Shown in pieces: positions 61,503 to 64,000 of a stretch of DNA of 64,000 nucleotides. This stretch comes from Eledone cirrhosa. Lineage: Eukaryota. The stretch covers positions 273,172,001 to 273,236,000 of the forward strand of contig OZ024740.1 in assembly GCA_964016885.1 (NCBI GenBank). Reading direction: 5' to 3'. Numbering within the stretch: the first letter of the stretch is position 1; the number at the start of each line of letters is the position of its first letter. A program made the translations under genes and the position numbers. The notes below the pieces were generated by a model. It did no database searches. It was not told the DNA's origin and saw only the letters and a program-made list of their open reading frames with translations.

Positions 61503-64000
61503 AAAAAATTAATTTGATATGCATTTTCAAGGGGATATTATAATACTAATAAACAACAATAATATCGTTTCCTTGTTTATGGGTATGCTTGATATCTTCT
61601 GCAATGGTATTTTGAAGAGGCCATTTCATCTATTTACAAAATTATTTTCAATTAAAGATGATATAACTGCTGATGAGATTGGAAATTCAACTGTCATATC
61701 AACCAACTTAAATTAAACGAAGAAAAGAGATTCATTATCAATTTTAAATTTGCGTGTATAGGACTAACTGCTCGATAATTCTAGTGTAAATTGTGTTGAG
61801 GATGATATCACATGCCTAGAAAATCTTTTAAAACTTAAATACGATCGACAAAGGAAAGCTAACTTTAATAGAGAGGAATATCAAAGTTTGTGGCAAATCA
61901 AAGAAAGTCTACTTTATATCCAGTCCTATGGAAAATATTTTCTAATTTACTGCTAACTACTCTACTTCATTTTTTGACGAATCATATTCTTAGGAAACGG
62001 AGAATGTTCGAAAATCACGGAAAAAAGAAACATTTGTTTGCTCTTAAAAACAATTTGAATCGCAAATAAGAAACTTAATTTCACAGCATAAGGCTCAACG
62101 ATCTCAATAAGTAAATTATGCTCAGTTTCATCTTATTTTGTATAATTCATGAAGACTTAACGAAAGCCTGTTTTACACTGTATCACAAACTTACCGCCGG
62201 AATTACCGTTAGTGACATAACACACAAAGTACAGCATAGAAACCATGAAACTGGTGTCAAATACCTTTTTAGAGTAAATCGATGAGAGAAAATGTAAACG
62301 CTTAAAAGAAAAGATAAAATTCGTTTTCAGAGAAGATGAGATTTCCAACAAGCGTTCACGCTCGAAGAATTTATTCTTCCACATGTCAAAGAACACAGGA
62401 ACCACATTATCGCTGATAGGTATGAACGTTCCTTGGCATACCTTTACCTTCTTCATCTTTCAACAGTAAACTCTTGTTATAGCAAAAAATATATTTGTTA
62501 TTAATCTTGGCTGTTTATTTTGAAGTGTTGTTGGTTTATTGAACACAGTTTTGATAACCCAGTAGTGTTGGCAACGTTTCCAAGTAAAGGTTCATTATTA
62601 ATAACTAATATTAAAACTATTGACTTTATATAAATTATATGGATCTTTAATAGTGTGTTTATTATATAAAAACATATGAGTGTCGAGTCTTGTTAGACTT
62701 TAAATATATCAATATTGTCACGATCATACTTCCTATGGTAGTAACCTTTGGTAGGTACATGTTGAAGAAGTGCTTTACATTTGTACATCCTTCCTTACAT
62801 GAACCCTTTTAGTCATAGTACTACATGCATGGATTCATTGCATATAATCTAATCTGAAGAAAAGATGCACACTCACACAAGCATATACTTCAGCATATAT
62901 AAAGCTAGCATAAAGCTAACCTTCAATTCTAGGAATAACAAATATTATTTTAATTACCATTCAGCAAGCGTCTCATAAATGTAATATCCTATATATATAT
63001 ATATATATATATTATTATAGAAACTTTATTTCAATAGTGAGCATTGCATCATCCAATGATCCTTTGAAAACAGAGTAAAGTGATTTGAATAAATGTTATT
63101 GCAATACTGGAGAGACCATTATGTAAGATTTGAAAAAAAAACGATATTTCAAAATCTGGGTGTTTAAGTAGAAGAATAACTTAATAGTTTGCTGTGGCGC
63201 CCTTGGGGGCTGAGAAGTACTCTGATTCTCATCTGATTCTCACTTTTAACTCTGGGATATTTTCAGTCACACCCTGATAAATGGTTCAGCTAACAAGCTA
63301 AACTTATTGAATGAGTAAACTTAATGGGAAGAGACGGTCATAGCCTAGTATACAAGTATGTTTTATTAGATGTTTTGGGATAAAAATGATCTCTAAATAA
63401 GAAATGTAGAGAAAACTAGGGAGATGTCTAGATTTAATATTAAATTATATCCCTACAAATAGCATGGGATTTGAAATAAAGCTTCATGACATGTATATGT
63501 GAATTTGCGTTAATGTGTATTTAAGCATGTAAACACGTTTTGATCTCGAGTTTTGATCTTTGTAGAGATCTTCATCAGAAATTGTCAACATCAATATACA
63601 TAGAAATAGATTTATATGTCCATCAAATATGGCAGAATTAGAGAACTGAAAATACTAGTGTTTATAATATATATTCATGTGTGTTTGTGTTAGCTTACTG
63701 AATGTATGTATCTTCACATCGACTATATTTAAAGCAACAGGTGGCATTTGTTTATTTCCTACTTCAACAGTGGACGATAATAATTAGTGCCATATACCAT
63801 ACGTATCTCTATTTTCTCAAACTGCTTAATTACATTACCTAAATAAACAGAACCCATAGTTAACTGATATAACTGCAGATGCCTGTAATACATTTTTTCT
63901 GTAAGAAATTTCACTCACAAGTATTGGTCAGCTCATGGCTATACTAGACAACACTTGCTCTAGGTGTCTGTCAGTGGAATTGAAACTGAAACCATGTAGA

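Overview
AT-rich, microsatellite-saturated eukaryotic (animal) DNA. The SINE/LINE repertoire and dense (TA)n suggest a cephalopod such as Octopus (inference only). No host gene can be called confidently; there are only weak candidate exons near 59.7-62.2 kb. Most ORFs in the supplied track are microsatellite read-throughs. The window holds: (1) a near full-length, frameshifted R4/Dong-type non-LTR retrotransposon followed by four 5'-truncated copies, all joined by (TAA)n; (2) two further R4/Dong-like remnants and an RLE element sitting in (CATA)n; (3) at least six Penelope-like (RT/GIY-YIG) remnants, four of them Naiad-like; (4) CR1-, RTE- and Tx1-like fragments, many tRNA-derived SINEs and a hAT MITE; (5) a 6-kb CCA-rich minisatellite with higher-order structure. 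The most interesting signal is a population of about a dozen short (150-450 bp) elements embedded in (TA)n. Most are fold-back inverted repeats, and most carry a full or partial type I minimal hammerhead ribozyme core. Several cores recur with non-canonical features (U.U at 10.1/11.1, a 1-nt insertion after A9, or a long stem II). Different retroelement families also appear to partition among different microsatellites (TA, TAA, ATT, CATA).
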